Of a stretch of 64,000 nucleotides of DNA, positions 42,300 through 51,580 are shown one piece after another. The position numbers were made by a program, and so were the translations under genes. The notes below the pieces were generated by a model. That model did not search any database and was not told the DNA's origin. It saw only the letters and a program-made list of their open reading frames with translations. Source of the stretch: an uncultured Acidobacteriota bacterium (GTDB taxonomy: Bacteria > Acidobacteriota > Thermoanaerobaculia > UBA5066 > Gp7-AA6). How positions within the stretch are numbered: the stretch's first letter is position 1; each line of letters begins with the position of its first letter. The stretch spans positions 146,112-210,111 of the forward strand of contig CAVXTP010000017.1 in the NCBI GenBank assembly GCA_963764715.1, in the 5' to 3' direction.

Positions 42300-43574
42300 T
42301 CAGCCTTCCGGGTTCCGGGCGCATTCCGCGGCCCGACCGCGGAGGAGCTCGCGCTCGCGCGCATTTTGCGTGAGCGACGCCGCGCGCTCGAACTCCCGGC
42401 CGGCCTCCGCCAGGCGCCCGAGCTTCGCGAGCAGGTCGCCGCGGACGGCCGGGAGCAGGTGGTAGCGGGCGAGCGACGGCTCGGAGACGAGCGTGTCGGC
42501 GAGGGCGAGGCCCGCGGCCGGACCCGACGCCATGCCGAGGGCGACGGCGCGATTGAGCTGCACGACGGGGCTCGGCACGAGCCGGGCAAGCTCCTCGTAG
42601 AGCGACGCGATGCGCGCCCAGTCGGTCTCCCCAGCCGTGCGCGCCCGCGCGTGGCAGGCGGCGATCGAGGCCTGCAGGACGTAGGGGCCGGGCGGCCCGG
42701 GGAGCTTCTCGGCGCGGGCGAGCGCCGCGAGGCCCCGGCCGATCAGCACCCGGTCCCAGCGCGCGCGGTCCTGGTCGGCCAGAAGCACCGGCTGTCCCGC
42801 CGGGCCCACGCGCGCCCGCGCGCGGGACGCCTGGATCTCCATGAGCGCGACGAGGCCGTGGACCTCGGGCTCGCGGGGCGAGAGCTCGGCGAGGATCCGT
42901 CCCAGGCGCAGCGCCTCCTCGCAGAGATCGTGACGGATCAGATCGCCGCCCGCGGTCGCGAGGTAGCCCTCGTTGAACACCAGGTAGACGACCTCGAGCA
43001 CCGAGGCGAGCCGCGCGACGCGGTCCTCCCCCCGCGGAACCTCGAACGGCACGCCGGCCTCGGCGAGGGCGCGCTTGGCCCGGACGATGCGCTGGGCGAT
43101 CGTCGGCGCCGGGACGAGAAAGGCGCGCGCGATCTCCTCGGTCGTCAGGCCTCCGAGGAGACGCAAGGTGAGCGCCACCCGCGCCTCCGTCGGGAGGACC
43201 GGATGGCAGGCCGTGAAGAGCAGGCGCAGCAGGTCGTCGCCGATGTCGTCGTCGATCGCGGCCTCGAGCGCCGCGACTTCGGCCTCGGTCGCGGCCGCGA
43301 GATCCCGCGCGATCTCCCCATGCTTGCGATCGAGGAGTGGCCGGCGGCGGAGCTGATCGATCGCGCGGTTCTTCGCCGCCGCCATGAGCCAGGCGCCGGG
43401 ATTCTCCGGAACGCCGGTCTCGGGCCACCGCTCGAGCGCCGCGACCAGCGCGTCCTGCGCGAGGTCCTCGGCGAGGCCGACGTCGCGGACGATCCGCGCG
43501 AGCCCGGCGATGAGTCTCGGAGACTCGATCCTCCAGACGGCGTCGATCGCGCGGTGCGCATCCTTGGCCGGCAC
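42300..43574 (-). CDS. ECF sigma factor with a C-terminal TPR extension (ECF42-type)
   Basis: AEDLAQDA, DDLLRLLFTACHP, EIARAFLV, VYLVFNEGY, QDRARWD, PVVQLNRAVA. Confidence 0.92.
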   Translation of the reverse strand: MPAKDAHRAIDAVWRIESPRLIAGLARIVRDVGLAEDLAQDALVAALERWPETGVPENPGAWLMAAAKNRAIDQLRRRPLLDRKHGEIARDLAAATEAEVAALEAAIDDDIGDDLLRLLFTACHPVLPTEARVALTLRLLGGLTTEEIARAFLVPAPTIAQRIVRAKRALAEAGVPFEVPRGEDRVARLASVLEVVYLVFNEGYLATAGGDLIRHDLCEEALRLGRILAELSPREPEVHGLVALMEIQASRARARVGPAGQPVLLADQDRARWDRVLIGRGLAALARAEKLPGPPGPYVLQASIAACHARARTAGETDWARIASLYEELARLVPSPVVQLNRAVALGMASGPAAGLALADTLVSEPSLARYHLLPAVRGDLLAKLGRLAEAGREFERAASLTQNARERELLRGRAAECARNPEG

Positions 43575-43654
43575 GGCCCCGGATTAGAGCATCTTCGCCC
43601 CCGGGCGCAGCCATTCCCTGGAGCGGACGCGTCAATCCAGGAGAATGCAGGCCT

Positions 43655-44143
43655 TCACGCGGCCCCCGGGGACTCCAGATCCCGGCGCACCGGCACGAGC
43701 GCCGCCAGCCGCCCCTCGCGCAGGTACAGACCTCCCCAGACGAGCAACGCGACGTACGACGGAAACAGAACGTGGATGAAGAGCGGCTCGCCGAGCCTCT
43801 CCTGGGACGCCGTCGCGCCGCCGAGATAGCCCGTCAGGAGGATTGCGCCGAGCACGGCCGTGCGCGGGAAGACGTAGGCCGCCACGCACAGGAGCTCGAG
43901 GATGCCCAACCCGACGGCGAGGTCTCCGGGGTAGCCGAGGTGCTCGAACGACTCCCGGACCGGGCCGATCCGGCACAGGAGCTCGAGGATGCCGATCCCG
44001 CCGGCGAGGTCTCCGGGGGAGCCGAGGTGCTCGAACGACTCCAGGACCGCGCCGATCCGGGCGAGCTTGATGCCGCCGTCGAAAAGGAGGAAGGCCACGG
44101 CGAGCGAGCTCAAGACCCATCCGGCGACGCGTTTTCTGTTCAT
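43655..44143 (-). CDS. DoxX family membrane protein with an internal duplication
   Basis: PRTAVLGAILLTGYLGGA and WGGLYLRE motifs. Confidence 0.85.
   Translation of the reverse strand: MNRKRVAGWVLSSLAVAFLLFDGGIKLARIGAVLESFEHLGSPGDLAGGIGILELLCRIGPVRESFEHLGYPGDLAVGLGILELLCVAAYVFPRTAVLGAILLTGYLGGATASQERLGEPLFIHVLFPSYVALLVWGGLYLREGRLAALVPVRRDLESPGAA
43886..44059. repeat. 87-bp diverged tandem duplication
   Basis: 43886-43972 and 43973-44059 encode RIGPVRESFEHLGYPGDLAVGLGILELLC and RIGAVLESFEHLGSPGDLAGGIGILELLC. Confidence 0.92.
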
Positions 44144-44167
44144 GCCGCTCTCCTTACCCCCGGGCCC

Positions 44168-44530
44168 TCAGTGGCCTCCGAAATCGCCGGGCTCGAAGAT
44201 CGGCCGGATCTCGCACTCTCCCCCGCCGAGGGCCTCCAGAAACCGCCCCGTCCAGTGCACGGCCTCGTCCATCGACTTCACGTTCAGGACCGCGTAGGAG
44301 GCGACGAGCTCCTTCGACTCGGTGAAGGGACCGTCGATGACGGTCGTCCGTCCGTTCTCGACCCGGACGCGTTTGCCCTTCGCACTCGGGTGCAGCCCGT
44401 CGGTCGCGACCAGCACTCCGGCCTTCGTGATCTCCCCCATGAACTTGCCCATCCGCTCCATGAGCTCCCGGCTCGGGGGCGCACCCGCTTCCGAATCCTT
44501 GTCCGCCTTGAGCAATCCGAGGCACCGCAT
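44168..44530 (-). CDS. YciI / DGPF family protein
   Basis: IDGPFTESKEL, EIRP. Confidence 0.92.
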   Translation of the reverse strand: MRCLGLLKADKDSEAGAPPSRELMERMGKFMGEITKAGVLVATDGLHPSAKGKRVRVENGRTTVIDGPFTESKELVASYAVLNVKSMDEAVHWTGRFLEALGGGECEIRPIFEPGDFGGH

Positions 44531-44571
44531 GTTCGTTCCTCCTCGTCTGACGTTTGACCGGCTCTCATTGT

Positions 44572-44601
44572 GACGACGAACCAGGAGCCGCCGGATCGAC
44601 A
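44572..44601 (-). promoter_or_regulatory. ECF42-type promoter
   Basis: TGTCGA-N17-CGTC upstream of the DGPF gene. Confidence 0.75.
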
Positions 44602-44657
44602 GCCCCGTGTCCTTTTCTTCGAGTCTCTGTTAAACAGGCTCCGAGAACTCCGCCCGA

Positions 44658-45503
44658 ATGATCGTCCACCTGCTCGACGGAACGTACGAGCTCTTCCGTC
44701 ACTTCTACGGCCTCCGGCGCGGGCATAGCGAAGATCCGCCGTTCGGCGCGGTCTCGGGCGTTCTCCACACCGTCGCGCAGATGCTCGAGGGCGGGGCCAC
44801 GCACCTGGGAGTCGCGACCGATCACGTCATCGAGTCCTTCCGCAACGCTCTCTGGGCCGACTACAAGACGGGCGAGGGAATGGAGCCCGGCCTCTGGGCG
44901 CAGTTTCATCCTCTCGAGGAGTCGCTCTCGGCGATGGGCGTCGTCGTCTGGCCGATGGTCGAGCTCGAGGCCGACGATGCGCTTGCCTCCGCCGCGGCGA
45001 TCGCGGCCCGCGACGAGCGCGTGGAGAAGGTCTGCATCTGGACGCCGGACAAGGACCTCGCCCAGTGCGTCGTCGATGCGCGCGTCGTCCAGGTCGACCG
45101 GCGGAGCGGCCGCATCCGCGACGAAGCGGGCGTCGTCGAGAAGTTCGGCGTCGCGCCCGAGCGCATTCCCGACTACCTCGCGCTCGTCGGCGACGCGGCC
45201 GACGGGTATCCGGGCGTCCCGGGCTGGGGTCCGAAGACCGCGGCGCGGCTGATCGCGCGCCACGGGCCCCTCGAGGCGTTTCCCGAGGACGTCCTGGGCG
45301 CCCACCGCGACGCCGCCCTGCTCTTCAAGAACCTCGCGACGCTTCGGACCGAGGCTCCCCTCTTCGAGGACGTCGAAGCGCTCCGCTGGCGGGGTCCCTC
45401 CGCGGGCTTCGCGGCGGCGGCCGCCGCTCTCGGCGACGAGCGGATCGCGCCGCGCGTCGAGAAGCTCGCGAGCCGGCTTTCGGGGAAGGATCCCCGGGAG
45501 TAG
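44658..45503 (+). CDS. Stand-alone 5'-3' exonuclease / flap endonuclease
   Basis: LLDGT, YK, EADD, DKD, LVGDAADGYPGVPGWGPKTA. Confidence 0.9.
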   Translation: MIVHLLDGTYELFRHFYGLRRGHSEDPPFGAVSGVLHTVAQMLEGGATHLGVATDHVIESFRNALWADYKTGEGMEPGLWAQFHPLEESLSAMGVVVWPMVELEADDALASAAAIAARDERVEKVCIWTPDKDLAQCVVDARVVQVDRRSGRIRDEAGVVEKFGVAPERIPDYLALVGDAADGYPGVPGWGPKTAARLIARHGPLEAFPEDVLGAHRDAALLFKNLATLRTEAPLFEDVEALRWRGPSAGFAAAAAALGDERIAPRVEKLASRLSGKDPRE

Positions 45504-45523
45504 CCGTCGCTCGACGAAGGCCG

Positions 45524-45952
45524 TTACTTTTTCTCCTCGATCCGGGCGCGCAGCCGCGCCTCCCGCTCCCGCAGCTCGGGCGTGAACTCGTCGCCGAAGT
45601 CCTCCGGCTCGAAGACCGGCCGGATCTCGACGTCCGACTCCTGCCCCGGGAACGGGTTGGGCGCGCGCCTGAGCCACTCGACGGCCTCCTCCATCGATCG
45701 CACCTGCCACAGCCAGTACCCGGCCACGAGCTCTTTGGTTTCGGCGAACGGGCCGTCGAGAACGGTTCGCTTCGACCCCGCGAACCGGACGAGCTTTCCC
45801 TTCGAGCTCGGGTGGAGCCCCTCGCCCCCGAGCATCACGCCCGCCTTGACCAGCTCCTCGTTGAACTTGCCCATGTCGGCGAGGAGCTTCTCCTCGGGCA
45901 TCACCCCCGCCTCCGAGTCCTTCGTGGCCTTGACCAGCACCATCACTCGCAT
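45524..45952 (-). CDS. YciI / DGPF family protein
   Basis: MRVMVLVKAT, DGPFAETKELVAGYW, EIRPVFE. Confidence 0.92.
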   Translation of the reverse strand: MRVMVLVKATKDSEAGVMPEEKLLADMGKFNEELVKAGVMLGGEGLHPSSKGKLVRFAGSKRTVLDGPFAETKELVAGYWLWQVRSMEEAVEWLRRAPNPFPGQESDVEIRPVFEPEDFGDEFTPELREREARLRARIEEKK

Positions 45953-46028
45953 CGGCCTGTCTCCTTTCGACTTGCCGAAACCGGGCCCCGGACGACCTCG
46001 ACCGGGTTTCGACCCTGGCTCCTGGGAT

Positions 46029-46058
46029 GACGACGAACGGGCCAGCCTCAGTTCGACA
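46029..46058 (-). promoter_or_regulatory. ECF42-type promoter
   Basis: TGTCGA-N17-CGTC upstream of the second DGPF gene. Confidence 0.75.
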
Positions 46059-46482
46059 CCGACGGGACCCTCCGGGCACGAACGGCGTCGAGCCCCCAGG
46101 GCCCGCCTCCCGCCGCCGACAGGTAGAGCCACAGGAAGCAGTAGAAGACGGAGTCCGTGCCCTGGTTGAGGAGGGGCCAGAGCCCCTGGGGGGCGTGGGC
46201 CTTGAAATAGGCGACGGCCATCTCCCCGGAGAGCAGGAAGGCCACGGGGCGGGTGAAGAGGCCGAGCAGGAGGAAGAGCCCCCCGAACGTCTGGAGGACG
46301 CCGGCGAACCAGCCCAGTGACCCGGGGGGCGCCGTCCCCCCTCCCGGCATGATCGCCGCCGGGAACGCGAAGAGCGTCGCCGTTCCCACCTGCATGAAGA
46401 GGAACGCGGCGACGATCCGCAGGACGCTCAGGAGATGGGGCGCCGCCGCGCGCCAGCGCGACACGAGACCGGATTCGTTCAT
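46048..46482 (-). CDS. DoxX family membrane protein
   Basis: LRIVAAFLF, GLFTRPVAFLLSGEMAVAYF, GGGPWGLD. Confidence 0.88.
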   Translation of the reverse strand: MNESGLVSRWRAAAPHLLSVLRIVAAFLFMQVGTATLFAFPAAIMPGGGTAPPGSLGWFAGVLQTFGGLFLLLGLFTRPVAFLLSGEMAVAYFKAHAPQGLWPLLNQGTDSVFYCFLWLYLSAAGGGPWGLDAVRARRVPSVSN

Positions 46483-46513
46483 GGAGCCTCCGAAAGGTTT
46501 TTCGGGCGGGCGA

Positions 46514-47935
46514 TCAGGACGGGATGGCGACCTGGATCGAGCGCCACTTCTGGAGCCGGAACCTCGCGACGCTCAACGCGGCGCGGGTCATGTGCCCGAG
46601 GACGATCGCCGTCCAGATGCCGCCGGGCGTCAGGCCGCGGGTCGCCTGGAGGATCGTGCAGAGACCCAGCGGAACGACGATCTGGGACACGATCGAGATG
46701 TAGAGCGGGCCGCGCGTGTCGCCCGTGCCCTGCAGGGCGCCCGTGTAGCACAGGGCCACGGTGACGAAGAGGCCCGACAGGGCCAGGTACCGCAGAAGCT
46801 GCTGCCCGAGCGCGAGGACCACCGGGTCTTTCATGCCGAAGAGGGCCAGAAGCAAATTCGGCACCAGGAGAAAGAGAGCGCCGACCGAGGCGGCCAGGGC
46901 GAGGCCGATGCGCGAGGCGACCCGGACGCCCTCGATCACCCGCTCGGGACGGCCGGCCCCGAGGTTCTGCCCGGCGATCGCCGCTGCCGCGCCCATGAGG
47001 CCCACCGAGGTCCACGTGATCAGCGAGAACAGCTCCGTGTAGCCGACCGCGTAGGCGGCCTGGGACTCGGCGCTCATGGGAAGCGACCCGATGAACCGCA
47101 GGAGCAGCACGCCCGCGACGTTCATCGCGATGCCCTGCACGCCCGTCGGCAGCCCGAAGCGGAAGAGGGCGCGGATGATTCCGAGGTCCGGCGCCTTGCT
47201 CATACCCGGCTCGAGGTGGATCACCGACTCGGGCCGGCGCATCCGCCACAGTCCCCATGCCGACACGATCGTGCTGCTCGCGATCGTCCCGAAGGCCGCC
47301 CCGATCGTGCCGACGCGCGGGATCAGGATCACGTTGAAGACGATCGTGAGCGCCGTCATGGTCACCCCGAGGCGCAGCGGCGTCCGCGCGTCGCCGGCCG
47401 CGCGGAAGGCGCCGCTCAAGAGGAAGAAGATCATCATGCCGAGGATGCCGACCATCATCGCGCGCAGAAATGGCAGGGCCTCCGCCGCCACCGCGGGCGT
47501 CGCGTTGACGAGCCGCAGCAGGCCCGGGGCCGCGAACCAGCCCGCGGCGCCGAGCGCGATCGACATCCCCGCGGCCGTCAGGAAGGCCTGGTAGACCACG
47601 CGGTTGACCTTGTCCGGCTGGTTGGCGCCGGCGAAGCGGGCCACGAGGACGCCCATGCCGCTGAAGACCGAGCTCGCGAACACGATGACGACGATCACGA
47701 TCTGCCAGCTCACGCCGATCGCGGCGTTGGCGGTGTAGCCGACGAAGTGGCCGACCATCGCGTGGTCGATGATCCCCTGCAGCCCGGCGATGACGTTCTG
47801 GAGCATCGTCGGCCAGGCGATCTTCCAGACGGCCGGCCCGATCGGGCCCTCGACGAGGGACCGGTCGAACGACTTCGCGGCGGGCCGGGGGGAGCTGCTC
47901 ACGCTCGGCTTTATCTCATGCCTTCGCCCGAACAT
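46514..47935 (-). CDS. MATE family efflux transporter / flippase
   Basis: IDHAMVG, AAGDARTPL, GQNLGAG, GTGDTRGP. Start uncertain. Confidence 0.9.
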   Translation of the reverse strand: MFGRRHEIKPSVSSSPRPAAKSFDRSLVEGPIGPAVWKIAWPTMLQNVIAGLQGIIDHAMVGHFVGYTANAAIGVSWQIVIVVIVFASSVFSGMGVLVARFAGANQPDKVNRVVYQAFLTAAGMSIALGAAGWFAAPGLLRLVNATPAVAAEALPFLRAMMVGILGMMIFFLLSGAFRAAGDARTPLRLGVTMTALTIVFNVILIPRVGTIGAAFGTIASSTIVSAWGLWRMRRPESVIHLEPGMSKAPDLGIIRALFRFGLPTGVQGIAMNVAGVLLLRFIGSLPMSAESQAAYAVGYTELFSLITWTSVGLMGAAAAIAGQNLGAGRPERVIEGVRVASRIGLALAASVGALFLLVPNLLLALFGMKDPVVLALGQQLLRYLALSGLFVTVALCYTGALQGTGDTRGPLYISIVSQIVVPLGLCTILQATRGLTPGGIWTAIVLGHMTRAALSVARFRLQKWRSIQVAIPS

Positions 47936-48001
47936 TCAGCGGCTCGGGGTGCGATCGAGGGGGCTTGCCCGCGGACTTCCCGAGATTCGGCGCCGGGCGC
48001 G

Positions 48002-49225
48002 TCAGAGCATCCGGGCCCACGCCAGCAGGTCGACCGCCAGGGTGCCCGCGAACCGGCCGCGCAGCGAGTCGTTGCGCAGGAGGTCCTCGCGCGCGCCCGG
48101 AAGCGTCGCCTCGCGCAGCAGCCACGTCCCGCTCCCGCGCGTCTCGGCCGACCAGGACGAGCGCTGCGCGGAGGCCCCCGCGCGCCGCAGGACCGAGAGA
48201 CGCCGCGTCGCGGAATCGACGGTCACGTCCTCCTCCAGCGCCGCCGCGGGATCGCCGCCGGCCGAGAGCGTCAGCCGGAAACCGCCCGGGGTCTCCTCGA
48301 GGCCCGAGACGTCCGCCACTCCCTCGACGAGGCGCCGGTAGCCCGCCGGCGTCGCGATCGCCGCGATGGCGCGCTCGGGCGGTGTGTCGGTCTCGAGGTA
48401 CGCCGTCAGCGTCGTATCGGCGGCCGCGGGGGCCGGATCGCCCGCGATCGCGAGCGCGCGGCCGAGGAGCGCCTCGTCCACGCCGAAGAGAGCCGCGAGC
48501 GCGGCGGCGCGGGGGCCGGGAAGCGGGACGCGCAGGCGCGAATGCAGGTCGTCGACGCGGACCTCGCCGCGCGAGAACGCGAGCGCGCGGTTTCCGAGCT
48601 CGCGGCGGAGCGCGACATCCTGGAGAAAGGGAGCGCCCTGGCGGAACGTCCGGAGCCAGTGCTCGCGGAAGACCTCCTCGGGCGCCGTCGCCGAGCCGAT
48701 CGAGATCGCGCGAGGCCCCTCGGGCACGCCGCCCTCGAAGTCGACCGCGAACCCGCCCTGCCCCGCCCTCTCCGCGACCGCGAGCGCGCCGATCGGCGTC
48801 TCGACGCGGCCGGAGCGCGCCGGCAGGAGCGCCGGCAGCGGGAAGCCCACGTCGGCGATCGTCTCGCCCTCCGGCGTCTCGACGAACAGGGCCGCATGAT
48901 CGCCGGCCTGCCGCACCTGACCGAGCGTGCGGCGGGTGCGAAAGCCGAGGCCCGAGAGCAGGGCGTCGAACGCCGCGACGCGAGCGAAGCAGGTGCCGCC
49001 CGTGCCGAGCTCGAGATGGTCTTCCCAGAAAACGTCGGGGGTGCGGGGCTTTTTCTCCGGATCCTCGACCTCGGAGTGGCGCACGATCTTCGACGCGTTT
49101 TCGAACGGGACCTTCGCGTTGAACCTCGCGAAAATGGCCGCGAGGAAGCCCGACCCGGGCTCGGCCCGCGAAAGGTCGAGGGCCTCGAGGATCTCTTCGA
49201 CGGGAACCGGAGGCGCGGGCCTCAC
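48002..49225 (-). CDS. Arylamine N-acetyltransferase-like protein with an extra C-terminal domain
   Basis: VPFEN, GGTCF, DHAAL, ADVGF (Cys-His-Asp triad). Confidence 0.75.
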   Translation of the reverse strand: MRPAPPVPVEEILEALDLSRAEPGSGFLAAIFARFNAKVPFENASKIVRHSEVEDPEKKPRTPDVFWEDHLELGTGGTCFARVAAFDALLSGLGFRTRRTLGQVRQAGDHAALFVETPEGETIADVGFPLPALLPARSGRVETPIGALAVAERAGQGGFAVDFEGGVPEGPRAISIGSATAPEEVFREHWLRTFRQGAPFLQDVALRRELGNRALAFSRGEVRVDDLHSRLRVPLPGPRAAALAALFGVDEALLGRALAIAGDPAPAAADTTLTAYLETDTPPERAIAAIATPAGYRRLVEGVADVSGLEETPGGFRLTLSAGGDPAAALEEDVTVDSATRRLSVLRRAGASAQRSSWSAETRGSGTWLLREATLPGAREDLLRNDSLRGRFAGTLAVDLLAWARML

Positions 49226-49974
49226 GCGCGGCTCGTCAGCCTCGCCACCATGTCGCGGACCCGGAGCCGCGCGTCGTCCGAGAACCAGAAGTCGAGGAAC
49301 GGGTCGTGGTCGCGGGCCTGGTCGAAGCGCGCCACCGCGGCCGCGCGCGAGCGCCGCTTGATCGCGGCGTAGGCCTTGCCCGAGAGGCCCGCGAGGAACC
49401 GTGCGCGCTCGACCGCCCGGTCGAGAAGCTCCTCGGCGGCGACGGCGCGGTCGAGGAGGCCGAGCGCGAGCGCCGGCTCGACGCCGACGTTCTCTCCCGT
49501 CGCGGCGAGGCGCTCCATGTGCCGCGCCCCGATAACGTGCCGGAAGGGCTCCATCAGGCACTGGGGAACCGAGACGCCGAGGACGACCTCGGAGAGGCCG
49601 AACTTCGCCTTGCCCTGCGCCGCGATCCGTTCGTCGGCCGCCATGGCCACGATCAGGCCCCCGGCGATCGCGTGACCCGGCAGCGCCGCCACGACCGGCG
49701 GGCCCAGCATGAAGATCTGGCGCACGAGATCGCAGTAGTCGCCGACGAAGCGCTCCATGGCCTTGCGGTCGGCGTCCACGAGGAGCGGCAGGTCCCAGCC
49801 CGCCGAGAAGATTCCGGGCAACGCCGACGCCAGGACGATGCCGCGGGCCTCTTCCTGCGCCGTCAACGCCGCCGAGAGCTCCGCGACGAGCTCCGGCGAG
49901 AAGGCGTTGGCCTTCGGTCGGTCGAGCGTGAGGATCGCGATCTCGTCGCGGGTCTCGAGCGTGACGAGGCTCAT
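49222..49974 (-). CDS. Enoyl-CoA hydratase/isomerase family protein
   Basis: FSAGWDL, GHAIAGG, GLSEV. Confidence 0.9.
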   Translation of the reverse strand: MSLVTLETRDEIAILTLDRPKANAFSPELVAELSAALTAQEEARGIVLASALPGIFSAGWDLPLLVDADRKAMERFVGDYCDLVRQIFMLGPPVVAALPGHAIAGGLIVAMAADERIAAQGKAKFGLSEVVLGVSVPQCLMEPFRHVIGARHMERLAATGENVGVEPALALGLLDRAVAAEELLDRAVERARFLAGLSGKAYAAIKRRSRAAAVARFDQARDHDPFLDFWFSDDARLRVRDMVARLTSRA

Positions 49975-49978
49975 GGCG

Positions 49979-50605
49979 TCAGGCGCTCCGCCGCGCGGCC
50001 GCCGGCTCGAAGAGCAGGCGATGGAGCCGGCGGTCCGGCGTCAGCTCGGGGTGGAAGGTGGCGGCCGCCACGTTGCCCTGGCGGACGAGGACCGGCTCTC
50101 CCCCGTGCGTGCCCAGGACCTCGACGCCCGGCCCGGTCGAGAGGATCCGCGGCGCGCGGATGAAGACGGCCGGCATCGGGGCGCCGAGGGACGGCGCCTC
50201 GACCTCCGCGATGAACGAATCGACCTGGCGGCCGTACGCGTTGCGCTCGACCGCGATGTCGATCAATCCGAGGCCGGGCTGCGCGGGGTTCGAGACTTCG
50301 CGGGCGAGCACGATCGCCCCCGCGCACGTTCCGAGGACGGGGCGGCCGCTCCCGGCGAACGCCCGGAAGGCCTCCGCCCACGGCTCGGCCTCGAAGAACT
50401 TCCAGAGCGTGGTCGATTCCCCGCCCGGGATGATGAGGCCGTCCGCGCCGGCGAGCTCGCCCGGGCGCTTCGCCTCGAAGCTCTCGACGCCGATCTGCGC
50501 CAGGGCCTTCCGGTGCGCCTCGAAGTCCCCCTGCAGCGCGAGGACGGCGACTCCCCCGCCCCCGGCGCCTCCTGCCTCCTGCCTCCTGCCTGCTGATTTC
50601 TCCAT
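49979..50605 (-). CDS. pdxT: PLP synthase glutaminase subunit
   Basis: VLALQGDF, PGGESTT, GTCAG, RNAYGRQ, FIRAP, FHPEL. Confidence 0.97.
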   Translation of the reverse strand: MEKSAGRRQEAGGAGGGGVAVLALQGDFEAHRKALAQIGVESFEAKRPGELAGADGLIIPGGESTTLWKFFEAEPWAEAFRAFAGSGRPVLGTCAGAIVLAREVSNPAQPGLGLIDIAVERNAYGRQVDSFIAEVEAPSLGAPMPAVFIRAPRILSTGPGVEVLGTHGGEPVLVRQGNVAAATFHPELTPDRRLHRLLFEPAAARRSA

Positions 50606-51489
50606 CACCATCCGCGCGTCTGGAGCTGCGCTTCCTGGGGCAGGCTCGCGGCGTCGATCCCCTTCATGCCCGAGCCGAGCGACTCCTCGGCGGCGAGCAA
50701 CGCCAGCGGGTCCTTCCAGTGCGTCGTCGCCTGCACGATCGCGCGGGCGCGCTTCTCCGGATCGTCCGACTTGAAGATGCCGGAGCCGACGAAGACCGCC
50801 TCGGCCCCCAGCTCCATGCACAGGGCGGCGTCGGCCGGGGTCGCGATTCCGCCGGCCGCGAAGTTGGGGACGGGCAGCTTGCCCTTCTCGGCGACTTCGA
50901 CGACGAGCTCGAACGGGGCCTGGAGACGCTTGGCCTCGGCCATCAGCTCGTCCTTGGAGAGCTGGGTCAGCATCTTGATCTCGCGATGCACCTCGCGCAG
51001 GTGCTTGACCGCGTGCACGATGTCGCCCGTGCCCGCCTCCCCCTTCGTGCGGATCATCGCCGCGCCCTCGCCGATGCGCCGCAGGGCCTCGCCGAGATTC
51101 CGGCAGCCGCAGACGAACGGGACCGCGAAGTCGTGCTTGAAGACGTGGTTGGCCTCGTCGGCCGGGGTGAGGACCTCCGACTCGTCGATGAAGTCGACCT
51201 TGAGCGCCTCGAGCACCCGCGCCTCGGCGAGGTGGCCGATGCGGCACTTGGCCATCACCGGGATCGAGACCGACTGCTGGATCTCGCGGATCTTGGAGAC
51301 GGGCGACATGCGCGCGACTCCCCCGTCGCGCCGGATGTCGGCCGGCACGCGCTCGAGCGCCATGACGGCGGCGGCGCCGGCCGCCTCCGCGATCTTCGCC
51401 TGGTCGGCGTTGACGACGTCCATGATGACGCCGCCCTTGAGCATCTCGGCCAGACCCACTTTCAATCGGAACGATTCGTTCGTCGTCAT
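50605..51489 (-). CDS. pdxS: PLP synthase subunit
   Basis: [36 protein letters not shown]. Confidence 0.98.
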   Translation of the reverse strand: MTTNESFRLKVGLAEMLKGGVIMDVVNADQAKIAEAAGAAAVMALERVPADIRRDGGVARMSPVSKIREIQQSVSIPVMAKCRIGHLAEARVLEALKVDFIDESEVLTPADEANHVFKHDFAVPFVCGCRNLGEALRRIGEGAAMIRTKGEAGTGDIVHAVKHLREVHREIKMLTQLSKDELMAEAKRLQAPFELVVEVAEKGKLPVPNFAAGGIATPADAALCMELGAEAVFVGSGIFKSDDPEKRARAIVQATTHWKDPLALLAAEESLGSGMKGIDAASLPQEAQLQTRGW

Positions 51490-51512
51490 CGACCTACCCT
51501 CCGTAATTAGGC

Positions 51513-51580
51513 GGCAGGAAGCAGGAGGCAGGATTCGAGTCCCCTGCCGCCTGACGTCCGCCTCCTGCCTCCTGATTCCT
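51513..51580. repeat. Inverted heptamer arrays between pdxR and pdxS
   Basis: GGCAGGA/AGCAGGA x3, then degenerate CCTGCCT copies. Confidence 0.75.
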
